Source: the human T2T-CHM13v2.0 reference genome, Homo sapiens
Reading direction: 5' to 3' (one strand)
Length of the DNA: 64,000 bases
NCBI RefSeq assembly: GCF_009914755.1
Contig: NC_060929.1
Within the stretch, counting starts at the first letter, position 1; the number at the start of each line of letters is the position of its first letter. The notes beneath the pieces were generated by a model. The model did not search any database. It was not told the DNA's origin and saw only the letters and a program-made list of their open reading frames with translations. This document shows, piece after piece, positions 44,522 to 61,816 of this stretch. The position numbers and the translations under genes were made by a program.

Positions 44522-44931
44522 TGTTATGAACTGAATATTTGTGTGCCCCTAGCATTTGTATGTTGAAGTCCTTACCCCCATTATGACTGTATTTGGAGAC
44601 AGGGCCTATGAGGAAGTGATTAGGTTAGACTTAGGGTTAGGGTTAGGGTTAGATCTTAGAGGTGAGATCTTTAGGGTGAGATCTTACAGGTGGGGCCTTA
44701 ATTCAATAGGATTTAGGGAAGAAGAGATACCAGAACTCTTTCTCTACCATGTTAGGACAAAGCAAGAAAGTGGTCATCTGCAAACCTGAAAAAGAACCTT
44801 CACCAGCAACTGAATTAGCTGCCACCTTGATTTTGGACTTCCCAGGTTTCAGAACTATGAAAAATAAATTTTTATTGTTTAAACCACCAAATCTGTGGCA
44901 TTTCTTTTAGCAGTCCAAGTAAACTAAGACA
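44522..44931 (+). mobile_element. MLT1A-type MaLR solo LTR
   Basis: TGTTATGAACTGAATATTTGTGT...AAACTAAGACA with 5-bp TSD CTGTT at 44517-44521 and 44932-44936. Confidence 0.88.
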
Positions 44932-45083
44932 CTGTTGTAATTAAGTTAGTATTAATAATCTGAATTAGATGTTTCTAAAATAAGATGAAATTGTAATCCT
45001 CAGGGCAATCATGAAAAAAATAACTGGAAAAAAATAGTAAAAGAAATGACCAGGGAATTAAGATGACACGCTAGAAAATACTG

Positions 45084-45380
45084 TTTTTTTTTTTTTTGAT
45101 AGTGTCTTGCTTTGTCACCCAGGCTGGAGTGCAGTGTTGCCAGCATGGCTCACTGCAGCCTCAATCTCCAAGGTTCAAGCAGTCCTCCCACCTCAGCCTC
45201 CCAAGTAGCTAGGACTACAGCTGTATGCCATTCCATCCAGCTAATTTTTTAAAAGTATTTTTTGTAAAGATGGGATTTCACCATGTTGCTCAGGCTGGTC
45301 TTGGACTACTGAGCTCAAGCAACCTACCTGCCTCAGCCTCCCAAAGTGCTGGAATTACAGGCATGAGCAACTGCACTCAC
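45084..45380 (-). mobile_element. AluJ
   Basis: Diverged antisense dimer; flanking AAAATAC. Confidence 0.88.
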
Positions 45381-46730
45381 AAAAATACATATTTAATGCA
45401 AAAAGGCAGTAACGGAGGAACAAAGACACAAAAAAGATAAGATATATATAGAAAACAACACAATGGCAGATGTAAATTATACGAAATCGCATTTTTTATT
45501 ACATTAATTAAATTAAGTGGAAATAGACTAAACAAACTAATTGAAAGTTAGAGATTGTCAGACTGGATTAAAAAATAAAATGCAACTACATACTGTCTAT
45601 AAAAGATACACTTTAGATTCAAAGACACAACTAGGATAAAAGTAGAAGAATGGAAAAAACATACCATGTAAACAGTAACCAAAAGAGGCCTTTAGGTGAT
45701 TATACCAACATCAGAAAAAAAAAAAACCCACAAACAAACCAGTCTTTAAGAAAAAAAAATTGTTAATAAGAGATGAAGAGCATTTGATAATAAATGAGTC
45801 AATCCATCAAGAAATATAACAATTATAAACATCTATGCATCTAACAACAGAGCCCCAAAATATATGAAGCAAAACTGCCTGAATTGAAGCAATAAATAGA
45901 TAATTCAACAATAATACTTGGTGTCTTCAAAACCCTGCTTTTTATAATGAATAGAATAATTAGAAGATTGCCAAGGAAATGAAAAACTTAATTGACACTG
46001 TAAACCAACTAGACCTAAAGAACACCTATAGAACACTCCACACAGTAACAGAAGAATGTACATTCTTCTGAAGTGCACCATGGAGTATTTTCAGAATAAA
46101 CCATACTATTATGCATAAAACAAGTCTCAAACTTAAAATAGTTGAAATCATACAAAATATGTTTTCTGATTTCAATGGAATATTAAAAATCAATAACCAA
46201 AAGAAAGTTGGAAAACTCACAACAATAAATTAAACAATGCATCAAAGAATAAATAAAAGATATATTAAGGAATACTCTGAGGAGAATTGAAAACACAACA
46301 TACTACAACTAATGAGATGCAGCTAAAATCATTTTTAGAGGGAAGTGTATAACTGTAAACACCTATTTTAAAAAGAAGAAAGGTCCTAAATCAATAACTT
46401 TGCACTTTAAGAAACTAGGAGGGCAAACTAAAGTCAAAGCAAGCAGAAGGAAGAAAATAATAAAGATTGGAATGGTAATAAGTAGAACAGTAGAAAAATA
46501 ATAGAGAAAATCAATGAAACCAAATGTTGATTCTTTGAAAAAATTAGCAAAATTGAATAACTTCTAACTATACTGTTCAAGAAAAAATGAGGGAAGAATC
46601 AGATTACTAAAAGAGTGAAAGAGGAGGCATTATCATTGACTTTACAGAAATAAAAAGGATTATAAGGGAATACTTTGAACAACTGTATGCCAATAAATTT
46701 GATAACCTAAATGAGGTGGACAAATTCCTA

Positions 46731-47202
<472 letters not shown>

Positions 47203-48160
47203 TCAGAGAAGTGGAAGTGGATAGAACATTTCCCAACTCTTTCTAAGAAGCAAGTATTACCCTGATAACAACACCAAAGACATCACAATAAAGAAAACTA
47301 CGTATCAACATCTCTTATGAATACAGACAAAAAAAAAAAACTCTCAGGAAAACACTAGCAAACCAAATCCAGTGACATGTGAAAAAGAATTATACGTTAT
47401 GAGTAAGTGGGATGTATCCCAGGAATGCAATGTTAGTTGAACATACAAAAATCAGTTACCATATGAATAAAATAAAGGAAAAATATCACATGATCCTCTA
47501 AATAGATGCAGAAACAGGATTTGACAAAATTCAACAGCTTTCATGGTAAAAATACTCCACACATTAAGAATAGAAAACTTCCTCAAACTGTAAAGGGCAT
47601 CTATGTAAAACCCACAGCTAACCTCAGTTTTCAGTGAAAAACTGAAAGCTTTCTCTGTAAGACCAGGAATGAGACAGGAATATCTGTTCTTACTACTTCT
47701 ATTCTTCATTGTACTGGGAGATCTAGCCAGGGAAATTAGTTGAGAAAAAGAAATAAATGACATCTAGGTGAGAAAGAAAAAAATAAAGCCATCTCTATTT
47801 GTACATCACATGGTCTTGTATAAAGAAAATCCTAAGGATGTATAAAAGACCTAGAGTTAATAAATGAGTTCAGGAAAGTTATTGGATACAAGATGAACAT
47901 ACAAAAATCAATTGTATTTCTATAGACTAGAATGAATAATTTAAAAATTAAACTTAAAAACAATTCAATTTATATAGCATAAAAGAATATATCTGTACAA
48001 CACCTGTTATATAATTTAACAAAATAAGTGCAAGACTTGTACACTGAAAACTAGAAATCTTTTTTGAAAGAAATTAAAGATGACCTAAATAAATGAGAAG
48101 AAATCCCATGTTGATGGAATTGGAAGACATAATATTGTTAAGATGGCAATACTCCCCTGA

Positions 48161-48543
<383 letters not shown>

Positions 48544-48870
48544 GCTGCTTCTAAAATTTATATTTGTGTTCAAATGAAAAAGACAGAGAGTAGCCAAAAC
48601 AATCTTGAAAAAGTAGAACAAAATTGGAGGACTCACACTTCCAAATTTTAAAAATTACTCCAAAGCTACAGTAATCAAAACGGTGTGGTACTGACAAAAG
48701 GATCAACACATAGATCAATGCAATAGAATTGAGAGTCCAGAAGTAAGCCAGTCCATTTATAGGTCAGTTGATTTTTTTGACGAGGGTATCAATTCAACAG
48801 GGAAAAGAATACTCTTCTCAACAAATGGTGCTGGGACAACTGGATATTCACACGTGAAAGAATGAAGTTG

Positions 48871-49163
<293 letters not shown>

Positions 49164-49294
49164 ATGAAGTTGGACCTCTTCCCTCACATCACATATATAA
49201 ATAAATCTAAATGTGCCAAAGACCTAAACATAAGAGATAAACTATGAAACTCTTAGAAGAAAATACAGGTATTAATCTTCATGACCTTGGATTA

Positions 49295-49640
<346 letters not shown>

Positions 49641-49752
49641 GACACCAAAAGCGTAAGCAACAAAAGAAAAAACAGATAAATTAGACTTTATCAAAATTAA
49701 AAACTTTTGAGCATAAATGATACTATCAACCAAGTGAAAAGAAAACCCATAG

Positions 49753-50266
49753 AGTCTTAGTCCATTTTGTGTTACTTCAAAAGAATATCTAAGATGGGAT
49801 AATTTATAAAGAAAAAATGGTTTATTTGGCTCACAATTCTGATGTCTGGAAAAGTTCAAGATTGGGCATCTGGTGAGGGCCTCAGGCTGCTTCCACTCAT
49901 GGTAGAAAGTGAAGGGAAGCCATCATGTGCAGAGATCACATGGTGAGAGAGGAAGCAAGAAGTGGGTGGGAGACGCCAGGTTCTTTTTAAAAATCATTTT
50001 TTAAAATTTTATTTATTTTTAAATTTTATTTTAAGTCTTGGGATACATATGCAGAACATGCAGGTTTGTTACATAGGTGTATTACCTGTGGCCAGGCTCT
50101 TTTTAAACAATGAATATAGTGAGAAGTCACCCCTAAGAGAAGGCATTAATCTATTCATGAGGAATCCACTCCTATGATCCAAACACTTCCATTAGGACCC
50201 TTCTCCAATGTTGGGGATTAAATTTTAATACAAGGTTTGGAAGGGAAAAGAATCTAAACCACGGCA
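49753..50266 (-). mobile_element. MST-type MaLR solo LTR containing a ~90-bp antisense L1P 3' fragment (~49997-50085)
   Basis: GTCTTAGTCCATTTTGTGTT...AAACCACGGCA with 5-bp TSD CATAG; inner duplication GCCAGG(T/C)TCTTTTTAAA. Confidence 0.85.
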
Positions 50267-51634
50267 CATAGAACAAGAGAAAATATGTGCAAATCCTATA
50301 TCTAATAAAGGTCTAAAATCCAGAATACATAAAGAACTATTACAACTCAATAAGACAAATAACAAAAGTGAGCAAAAGATTTTAATAGTGAGTGGAGCAG
50401 AAATGCAGACATTTCACCAAAGAAGATACAGAAGGGATCAATAAGCACATGAAACAATGCTCAGCATTATTATTCGTTAGCAAAATGCAAATCAAAACCA
50501 CAATGCAATACCATTTCACACCCACTAAATGGCTATAGTTAAAAAAAACAGATAATAATATATGTTTGTGAAGATGTGCAGACGTTGGAACCCTGGTGGG
50601 ATCATAAAATGGTATAGCTGCTTTGGAAAACAGTTTGGCAGTTCCTCAAAAAGTTAAGCATGTAGTTAACATGTGACACAACAGTTTCACTTCTAGATAT
50701 ATACCTTTGAGAATTAAAAACATGTCCACACAAAAACTTGTACACAGATGTTCACAGCAGCATTATTTATAATAGCCAAAGTGAAAATAAACCAAATGCC
50801 TAACTGCTGAATGGATAACAAAATGTGATATATCTATACCATGGAATATTATTCAGCCATAAAAAGGAATGAAGTACTGATGCATTCTACAGCATGGATG
50901 AACCTTGAAAACATTACACTAAATGAAAGAAGCCAATCGTAAAAGGCCACATATTGTATGATTCCATTTATACGAGATGTCCAGAAAAGGCAAATTTATA
51001 CAGGTAGTTAAGTATCCATTTATTGTTACCAGAGGCTCTTGGGAGTGGGGAATGAGGAGTGACTGTTGGAGGGTATGGATTTTCTTTCTGGGTGATGAAA
51101 ATGTTCTGGAATTAGATACTATCTATAGGCAGTTGTATAGATAGGGTTGTACAACTTTGTGAATATACTAAAAGGAACTAAATCTAATGCTTAAAAAGGC
51201 AAATAAATAAAAAGTATGAATGAAGGGGAAGGTGGAGTTGAGTGTTAATAACATATGGAGCCAAATATTTTTAACCACAAATGCAGCAGAATGTTGAGTC
51301 TAGTGTAAACCATAGGTAGAGAAGAATGTGGCATCAACTATTAATAGTGAGTGGAGCAGAATGTTGAATCTAACATAAGGAAAAGAAAGCAGAACATTAT
51401 GTCTGCTGCTACAATTGCACACAGCAGAATGTGTTGTCAGGTGTTAATAGTGATCAGAGAATGTGGATTCAAGCATTTGTAGTGAATGTAGCAGAATTTG
51501 AGGTCTAGTGTGAATGCTGCAGAGAGCATATTGTCGAGTTTTGTTCTAAGGGTGAATAGAGGAGAGTGTGGTGTCTACTGCTGATGGCAAATGAAACAGA
51601 ATGTTGTGTCTCACGTTAAAAGTTAATGGAATAG

Positions 51635-52104
51635 TCAGTGTCATGAAAAACAAAAAACAGCTGGGAGACTGTTCTAGGTTAAAAGAGACAAAATAGAGCA
51701 ACTGTGTGCAATATGAATTGGATCCTTGATTGGATCCCTCATCATATTTTCTGATGACTTTTTTGACAACTGGGAGAATTTAAATAAAGTTTCTGTATTA
51801 GATGATATTATTGAATTATTTCAAATTGAATTATTTCTAACTCAATAATAACCATTGAGTTAATGTTAATTTTTAAAGATGTGATAATGTCATTGTGATT
51901 CTCCTTCCTTATTTTGAGGTGAATTGCCATGTCTTTGTTGATTCAGCAAAAATTGCATCTACCTACCTACCTGCCCATCTATCTATCTATTTATCCATCT
52001 GTCTACCTAAACTAAGACAGTATATGTGGGAAAATGATGACTGGTGAATCTGGGTAAAGGGTGTGAGGGTGTTTATTGTATGTTCTTTCAACTTTTCTAT
52101 ATCA
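51635..52104 (+). mobile_element. Very old L1 3' end (L1ME/MC-like) inserted in the 35-bp array
   Basis: GTCAGTGTCATGAAA...GGTGAATCTGGGTAAAGGGT...TTATTGTATGTTCTTTCAACTTTTCT resembles the recalled L1ME 3' UTR. Confidence 0.65.
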
Positions 52105-52446
52105 AAACAGAATGTTAAGCAGCATTAATTGGAAATGGTGCAAAACATTGTTTTTAGCAGAAGGCTAAAGGAAGCACAATGTGGTGTCTGGCATTAATAA
52201 TAGAGCAGAATATTGTGTCTATTGTTGAGTGAATAGAGCAGAATGTGACTCAAACAATAATAGTGAATGTGGTAGAATGCAGCATGTAGCATTAAAAGAG
52301 AGTGAAGTAGAATGAAGTATCAAGTATTAATAGTGAAGGGAACAGAATGTTGTACCTCAACTAGGGGTGAATGGAGGAGTATATGGTGTCTAGCATTAAC
52401 CGTAAGTGAAACGGAACATTATGTTTAGCGTTAAAACTGAATTAAG

Positions 52447-52723
52447 TAATCCCAGCACTTTGGGAGGCCAAGGTGGGTGGATCACGAGGTCAGGAGTTCA
52501 AGACCAGCCTGGCCAACATAGTGAAATCCCATCTCTACTAAAAATACAAACATTAGCCAGGCATGACGGCGCGTGCCTGTAGTCCCAGCTACCCGGGAGG
52601 CTGAGGCAGGAGAATCGCTTGAACCCGGGAGGTGGAGGGTGGAGGTTGCAGTGAGCCGAGATAGTGCCACTGCACTCCAGCTTGGGCAACGGAGTGAGAC
52701 TTCGTCTCAAAAAAAAAAAAAAA
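52447..52723 (+). mobile_element. AluS inserted in the 35-bp array
   Basis: Dimer lacking the first ~25 nt; TSD AAA(C/G)TGAATTAAG, which is part of an array unit. Confidence 0.92.
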
Positions 52724-53726
52724 GTGAATTAAGCAGAATGCAAGATCTAGTGTTGACAGTGAAGGGAACAGAAGGTTGTATTGATCGTAAGGGTGACTGA
52801 AAGAAAAATAGTGCCTGGTGTTAGTAATGAATGAAGTGAGATGCTCTGTCTGGTGTTAGAGGTGAATGGAACAGAATGTTGTGTCTAGCATAAGGGTGAA
52901 TGGAGCAGAATGTGTATCTGACATTAATAGTGAATGGAGCAGAATGCTGTGTCTAGTGCTGATAGTGAATGAAGCAGAATATGGTTTAGGAGTTAACAGC
53001 AAATGTGGTGTTTAACACTAGAAATGTAAGTATCAAATTGAAGTGTGTCCAGAAAAGGGTTAACAAAACAGGCCTGAGGCTGCTATCTTAGAAAGGGCCT
53101 GCTTGCAAGGTTGCCTCTTGGATGGCATCTGGGAACTTGGATTTTGGGAGTATTCCTACTTTCCCTAACTGATAAGGCTGGCTCGCTGTGCCTAGATTGT
53201 ACAAACAATCTGGTTCATGCTGAACAATCTGCTTTCCTTTTGGGAGTCTGGAATTTTGGCACATGCTAGGCAGAGGGTGCTGATGTGACCAGCCCCCAGT
53301 TAAAACATGGCACGCTGAGCCTCTAATGAATCTTAGAGCAGACTCTGTTTTTCTTTTTCTTTTTTTTTAGATGGAGTCTCACTCTGTTGCCCAGGCTGGA
53401 GTGCAGTGGCACCATCTTGGCTCACTGCAATCTCCGCCTCTCGGGTTCAGGTGATTCTCCTACCTCAGCCTCCTGAGTAGCTGGGATTACAAGCGCGGGC
53501 CACCATGCCTGACTAAGAGTTTCTGTGTTTCTGTCTTTTGGGGCAGAAACACAGCACACACGTGTCTGCATTGTTGTTGCTGGAGTAAGAGTGCATTCTG
53601 TGTGACCCCTCATGGGAGCGGGAGAGTAAGGAAGCCTGCACATGGATTCCTCTAGTCTCTGCCTATGTTCTTTCCCCCTGATGAGCTAGCTGTATCTTCT
53701 GAATATGTTGCTGTAATAAATCTTAG

Positions 53727-54848
<1,122 letters not shown>

Positions 54849-56039
54849 TAGAATTTTGATGGCTCTAGTATTTTACAGTCTGAAGGCTCCAACAGTGACA
54901 TGCATTTCATGCCTCCTGCCATGTTTTGGGATACCTTCAGTAAGGACCCTACAAGCTGGTGTTCTGTGAAGTTTTCGAGTACAACCGAAAGCCTGCAGTG
55001 ACCAATTTGAGGCACACTTGTAAGTGGATAATGGACATGGTGAGCAACCAGCACCCTGGTTTGGCATGGAGCAGGAATATACCCTCATGGGGACAGATGG
55101 GTACCACTTTGGTTGGCCTTCCAATGGCTTCCCAGGACCCCAGGGTCCATATTACTGCAGTGTGGGAGCAGGCAAAGCCCATGGCAGGGACATCGTGGAG
55201 GCCCATTACCAGGCCTGCTTGTATGCTGGAGCCAAGATGGTGGGTACTAATGCTGAGGTCATGCCTGCCCAGTGGGAATTTCAAACCGGACCCTGTGAAA
55301 GAATCAGCATGGGAGATCATTTCTGGGTGGGCTGTTTCATTTTGCATCATGTATGTGAAGACTTTGGAGTGATAGCAACCTTTGATCCCAAGCCCATTCC
55401 TGGGAACAGGAAGTGTTCAGGCTGCCATACCAACTTCAGCACCAAGGCCATGTGGGAGGAGAATGGTCTGAAGTACACTGAGGAGGCCATCGAGAAACTA
55501 AGCAGTGGCACCAGTACCACATCCACGCTTATGATCCCAAGGGAGGCCTGGACAAAGCCCAACACCTAGCTGGATTCCATGAAACCTCCAACATCAACGA
55601 CTTTTCTGCTGGTGTAGCCAATCGTAGTGCCAACATACACATTCCCTGGACTGTTGGCCAGGAGAAGAAGGGTTACTTTGAAGACTGTTGCCCCTCTGCC
55701 ACTGCGAACCCTTTTCGGTGACAGAAGCCCTCATCAACACGTGTCTTCTCAATGAAACCGGCAATGAGCCCTTCCAGTACAAAAACTAAGTGGACAAGAC
55801 CTCCAGCCGTCGAGCCCCTCCTAGTTCTTCATCCCACTCCAACTCTTCCCCCTCTCCCAATTGTCCCAATTGCAACTCAAAGGGTGGAATATAAAGGTCT
55901 TTTTTTAATTCAAAAAATTAAAAAATAAATAAATCTTAGCTGCAAATACAACTTTATGCTGAGTCCTATGAATCTTTCTATCAAATCTCTAGATATGAGA
56001 TTAGTGTTGGAGATCCCTGACACACAGTATTTACTATTA

Positions 56040-56890
<851 letters not shown>

Positions 56891-57717
56891 CCAACATCAC
56901 TGTTACCATCATCATCATCATCATCATCATCAATATTTTCTTGCTAAGAATGGGCCTGACTAAGTAGAACTTTCTCTACCTTTCTGCCAGTTATCTTCCC
57001 AAAACATGACTTGTTCCTGTTATTTCCTCTTGTAAAACCTTTGGTCTCATCCTTCTTTCCTCATACAAGGCAGTTCCCATTACCTACAGGAAAAAGTTTA
57101 AACTCTTTAGCCTGCCCTTTATAATCAAGCTCTAACCAGTCTTTCTATCCCCTTCCCCATCTTTCTTCACCCTAATCATGACTCCCTATATGCCATCCCT
57201 TGCCTTGAGCATGCCCTGAACTTTCATGTTTCTGAGCTTTTGATCTTGCTCATCCCTTTGCCCAGAATGCCCTTGTTCCTTCCCACAACCAGCCAAATAA
57301 ATCTTCCTTCTCCTCCATGGCAGTGTAAATGTGAAGATTCTCCCAGACAGAATGCTGCTCTTTTTCTGTGTTCCCTGAGCCCTGTTCACATGATCATGAG
57401 AGCCTTCAAGATATAATACAGTGAGTGAATGGGCAAGTCAGTCTCTCTTTCTATCTGTCTTCTGCACTAGACTAGGCAGCTTGTCTGCTCCCTGTCTGTG
57501 TATCCCTGGAACTGGGATGGGGCCAGTCTTATGGTGGGATCTTAGTTCCTGTCTACTGAAGCACAATAGCGAATTTCCTGGAGTTCCCTGGACTGTAAGC
57601 TGTAGGCAGGGACTTGTCAGTCTTTTCTTCTTGCATCCATAGGGTCTAGCACAGAGTTCAGCTCTAACTTAAATGAAAATGGTGAAGAGCAAGTGAAATG
57701 AATCAGAATATGCTGTG

Positions 57718-59066
57718 TACATTTAGGTTGTTTCCATATCTTGGCTATTGTGAATATTACTGCAGTGAACATGGGAGTGCAGATATGTCTTTGAGGTACT
57801 GATTTCATTTCCTTTGGATATGTATCTAGAAGTGGGATTGCTGGACCATGATATATTTCTCAATGGATGAATAGATAAAGAAAATGAAACATTATTCAGC
57901 CTTAAAAAAGAAGGAAATTCTGCCATTTATGACAATGTGAATGAAGATGGAGGACATTTTTATATTAAGTGAAATAAGCCAGACACAGAAAGACATATAT
58001 TGTATGATCTCACTTATATGTGGAATCTAAAATAGTCATACTTACAGAAGCCAAAAGTAGCATGGTGGTTGCTAGAGGCTGAGGGATGGGGGAAATTGGG
58101 AGATGTTGGTCAAAGGGTACAGAATTTCAGTTGTGCAAGATGAATAAGTTCTGGAGATCTAATGTACAGCAATGTGACTAGAATTAACAGTGCTGTCCTG
58201 TGTGCTTGAAATTTGCTAAGAGGATAGATCTCCTTTTTACTTATTTTTTTTTCTTTTTTGAGATAGAGTCTTGCTCTGTCATCCAGGCTGGAGTGCAGTG
58301 GCGTGATCTCAGCTCACTGCAGCCTCTGTCTCCTGGGTTCAAGGGATCTCCTGTCTCAGTCTCCAAAGTAGCTGGGATTACAGGTATGTGCCACCATGCC
58401 CAACTAATTTTTTTTTTTTTTTGTATTTTCAGTAGAGACAGGGTTTCACCATGTTGGTTAGGCTGGTCTAAAACTCCTGGCCTCAAGTCATCCACCCGCC
58501 TTGACCTCCCAAAGTGCTGGGATTACAGGCATGAGCCACCATGCCTGGCCTTTTTTTTCTTTTTCTTACATTTTAAGAGTTTTTAAATATATTTTGAATA
58601 TTTGACCCCATCAGATTTATGATTTGCAAGTATTTTCTCCCATTCTGTGGGTTCTTTATCTTCACTATCTTGATAGTGTCTTTTGATGCACTTTTAATAT
58701 TTATGAAGTCAAATCTATCTATTGTTTTTTCATTATTGCTTGTGTTTTTGGTGTTATATCTAGGAATCTATTGCCAAATCTAAGATTAGGAAGATTTGTC
58801 CTCATGTCTTCTAGAAGTTTTATCATTTTAGCTTAATCTTAAATTTAGGTCTTTAAGAGGGTAGATCTTAAAGTGTTCTTACTAGACACACACACATACA
58901 CACACACACAATGAGAAGTATGTGAGTTGATGGATATGTTACTTAGCTTGAGTGTGGTAATTATTTCACAATGCATATGTATATCAGAACATCACGTTGC
59001 ATACCTTCGATATATGCAATTGTTATTGGTCAGTTATACCTTAAGAAAGCTAAAAAGAAAAGAAAA
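57718..59066 (+). mobile_element. L1MA-like 3' fragment with a 5' inversion (57718-57850 antisense), interrupted by an antisense Alu (~58235-58550) and an antisense L1 piece (~58570-58855)
   Basis: Orientation switches near 57855. Outer duplication ATGCTGT(G/A)TA; inner duplication AAGAGG(A/G)TAGATCT. Confidence 0.78.
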
Positions 59067-59930
59067 TGCTGTATAAAGAGTAAAAGACTTGGTATGTGAG
59101 GGTCAGTTGTGGTGATTTGACTTGGGAGTCATTGCTTTCATGGCTGCTATGGGAATACCATTATGGCTCAAGGAACAAAGAGAGTATCTTTGGAGGTTCT
59201 GAAACATCTCTGAGGTGACTCAGAAAGAGGCAGCTACCCAAGACAGACTGCAGCCCAGGCTGCCTGTACCTTCACTGGGCTTTCTACTTACACCAGAGCC
59301 TACGATGGTTTCTCTCAATCTCTCTCTTTCACCTCCTCCTCTTGCTGGCTTGCCATGCCTCTCTACTCTGTGCATCTGGGTTCAGACCCCAGCTTCCTAC
59401 CCATCCTTCCAGCTGTTATACCAATTGACTGACTTTCTTCTTCCATGCTTTTATGAGCTTGTTCTCAGCCTGAGACAGGATACGCAAAGCCAGTCTTGAT
59501 CTGGCCCCAGTCATCCAGATATTCAATCTTCCAACAAAAGCATGGGAAATAGAGAGCTAAGCTACACCATCGTGGCTTCTCTGACCTCTCATAGCTCACA
59601 GGCAAGTGAACCCTTTCTAGCTATTTACTAACCTTCAGTGACACCTCTCAGCTCCCTCTTGCTGAGGTCTATTGTGAGCATTCTCTCTACTTTTGCTCTA
59701 TTGGAAATGCCAGTTCATCTGTGACAGAGACTACTAGGTGTCTTCCCAATATCAGTTCTTTACTTCTGCCTTAGAAATAGGATCCATTCTGCTACCTGGA
59801 ATAATGACTGTATTTACCAGCTTCCCTCGTAATTAGGTATGGCCCAAGCTTAAGTTACTCACTCCAGGACTCACAGGAAGAAAATGTCAGAGCCACATTT
59901 TTGTTTCAAAACCTATTCTCTTAACCACTA

Positions 59931-60206
<276 letters not shown>

Positions 60207-61281
60207 TCAGAAGCACTTGTTTGAAGCATGTCAGGATTGGTTAGGGTTAGAGACTGAGAGAGACATCAGACACTTGATGGAACTTGTGAGACCAGGTTCC
60301 TTTTTTTTCCTCTCAAAAGAGGTAAAAAACTGGTTAATTATTTATATCTACATCAGAGCCCTTCCACCTCTCTTCCCAACCTTCTGCATTAGTTTGTCCT
60401 ATTGTTCCCCCTCTCACTCCCATGGTGAAATGCAGTGGACATCTGCTATTTTCACCTGCACACCATCCTTGCCAGCCTCCTCTTTTGCTCACAGCAGATA
60501 CTCCTCTGTGGAACAACTCTATTGCACGCTCTCTTGGTGGGACTAACCACTGGCTGGGGTAGACGGGGGAAAGTGTGAAAAGGTGACTCAAGCTAGGCCA
60601 GACTGTGCCCCAGCACTTCAGCAACTATTGAGTGAAGTAACAAGAGGTTCAGAATTGGTTTGTGCTGATTCCCCTCACGGGTAGTGCTCCAAGGAAATGG
60701 TCCATTAGTTCCTGTTGCCTAAGTGCTCTGCCTTGGTTTCTGTATTTTTAAGTTAGTCAGATTGGTTTCTCTGTTTGCAATCAAAGGAGTCTGCTATCCA
60801 ATCTGTTAAAATCCCAGTCCTCCATAAAGTCTACTCCAATAACCTCTTTCCTTCTCCATTAGAAGGAAGCACGCTTTCTGCCACGAGGCCACAGTGCTTT
60901 GTACTTCTAACAACACACCAATCACTTGCCGCCCTTTAGTAGAGTTATTTGTGCAGTCAGTTGTTTACCTCCCCTGCTGGAGTGAACATCTTGTGGGTTC
61001 AAGGACCATGACTTATTCAAGCCATTTCTCCTCCGTTCACATTTACCATAGACATGGAACAATGACCCTTTGGAGAATGCTGCTGGCTCCAAAACATGGG
61101 CCTCAGTTAGGCAATGTAAGGGAAGTTATATTTCTAATGCATTTTCTAAAAGCAAAGTCCTTCATTGAATATTTTGGGTTATTACAGTAATCTCCTGGGG
61201 TCTAGTGGTTAGGAGCAGCTGTGTGGGAATTTCTGCCTATCCCATGGGTAAAAAGGAGCCTGGTTCTTTCTAGAGGACTCA

Positions 61282-61419
<138 letters not shown>

Positions 61420-61499
61420 TCAGGGAGGCTGTGCCTCTATTCTAGTTATTGTTAGAAAATCAGTTGCCCAGGATAGGGAAAGAAGGTCAGGGAACTTGT

Positions 61500-61816
61500 G
61501 TTTGTTTTTTTGTTTATTTATTTATTTTTGAGAGATGAGATCTCTCTTTGTGGCCCAGGCTGGAGCGCAATGATGCAATAATGGCTCACTGCAGTCTTGA
61601 CTTTCTGGGCTCAAGCAATTCTCCTGCCTCAGCCTCCAGAGTAGATGTGACCATAGGCATCTGCCACCATGCCTGCTAATTTTTAAATTTTTTTTTGTAG
61701 AGACCGGGGTCTCGCCATGTTGCCCAGGCTAGTCTCGAACTCCCAGGCTCAAGCAGTCCTCCCACATCAGTCTCCAAAAGTGCTGGGATTACAGGCATGA
61801 GCCACCATGCCCGGCC
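61500..61816 (-). mobile_element. AluJ
   Basis: Diverged antisense dimer. Confidence 0.9.

Noticed and set aside
51212-53040. 35-bp array as a CRISPR-like repeat-spacer locus
   Set aside because: Units are head-to-tail and diverge throughout, with no unique spacers and no cas genes, in a mammalian intron.
55024-55569. 181-aa GLUL-like ORF as a functional retrogene
   Set aside because: It is bounded by frameshifts, lacks both termini and is followed by a stop, so it is a pseudogene remnant.
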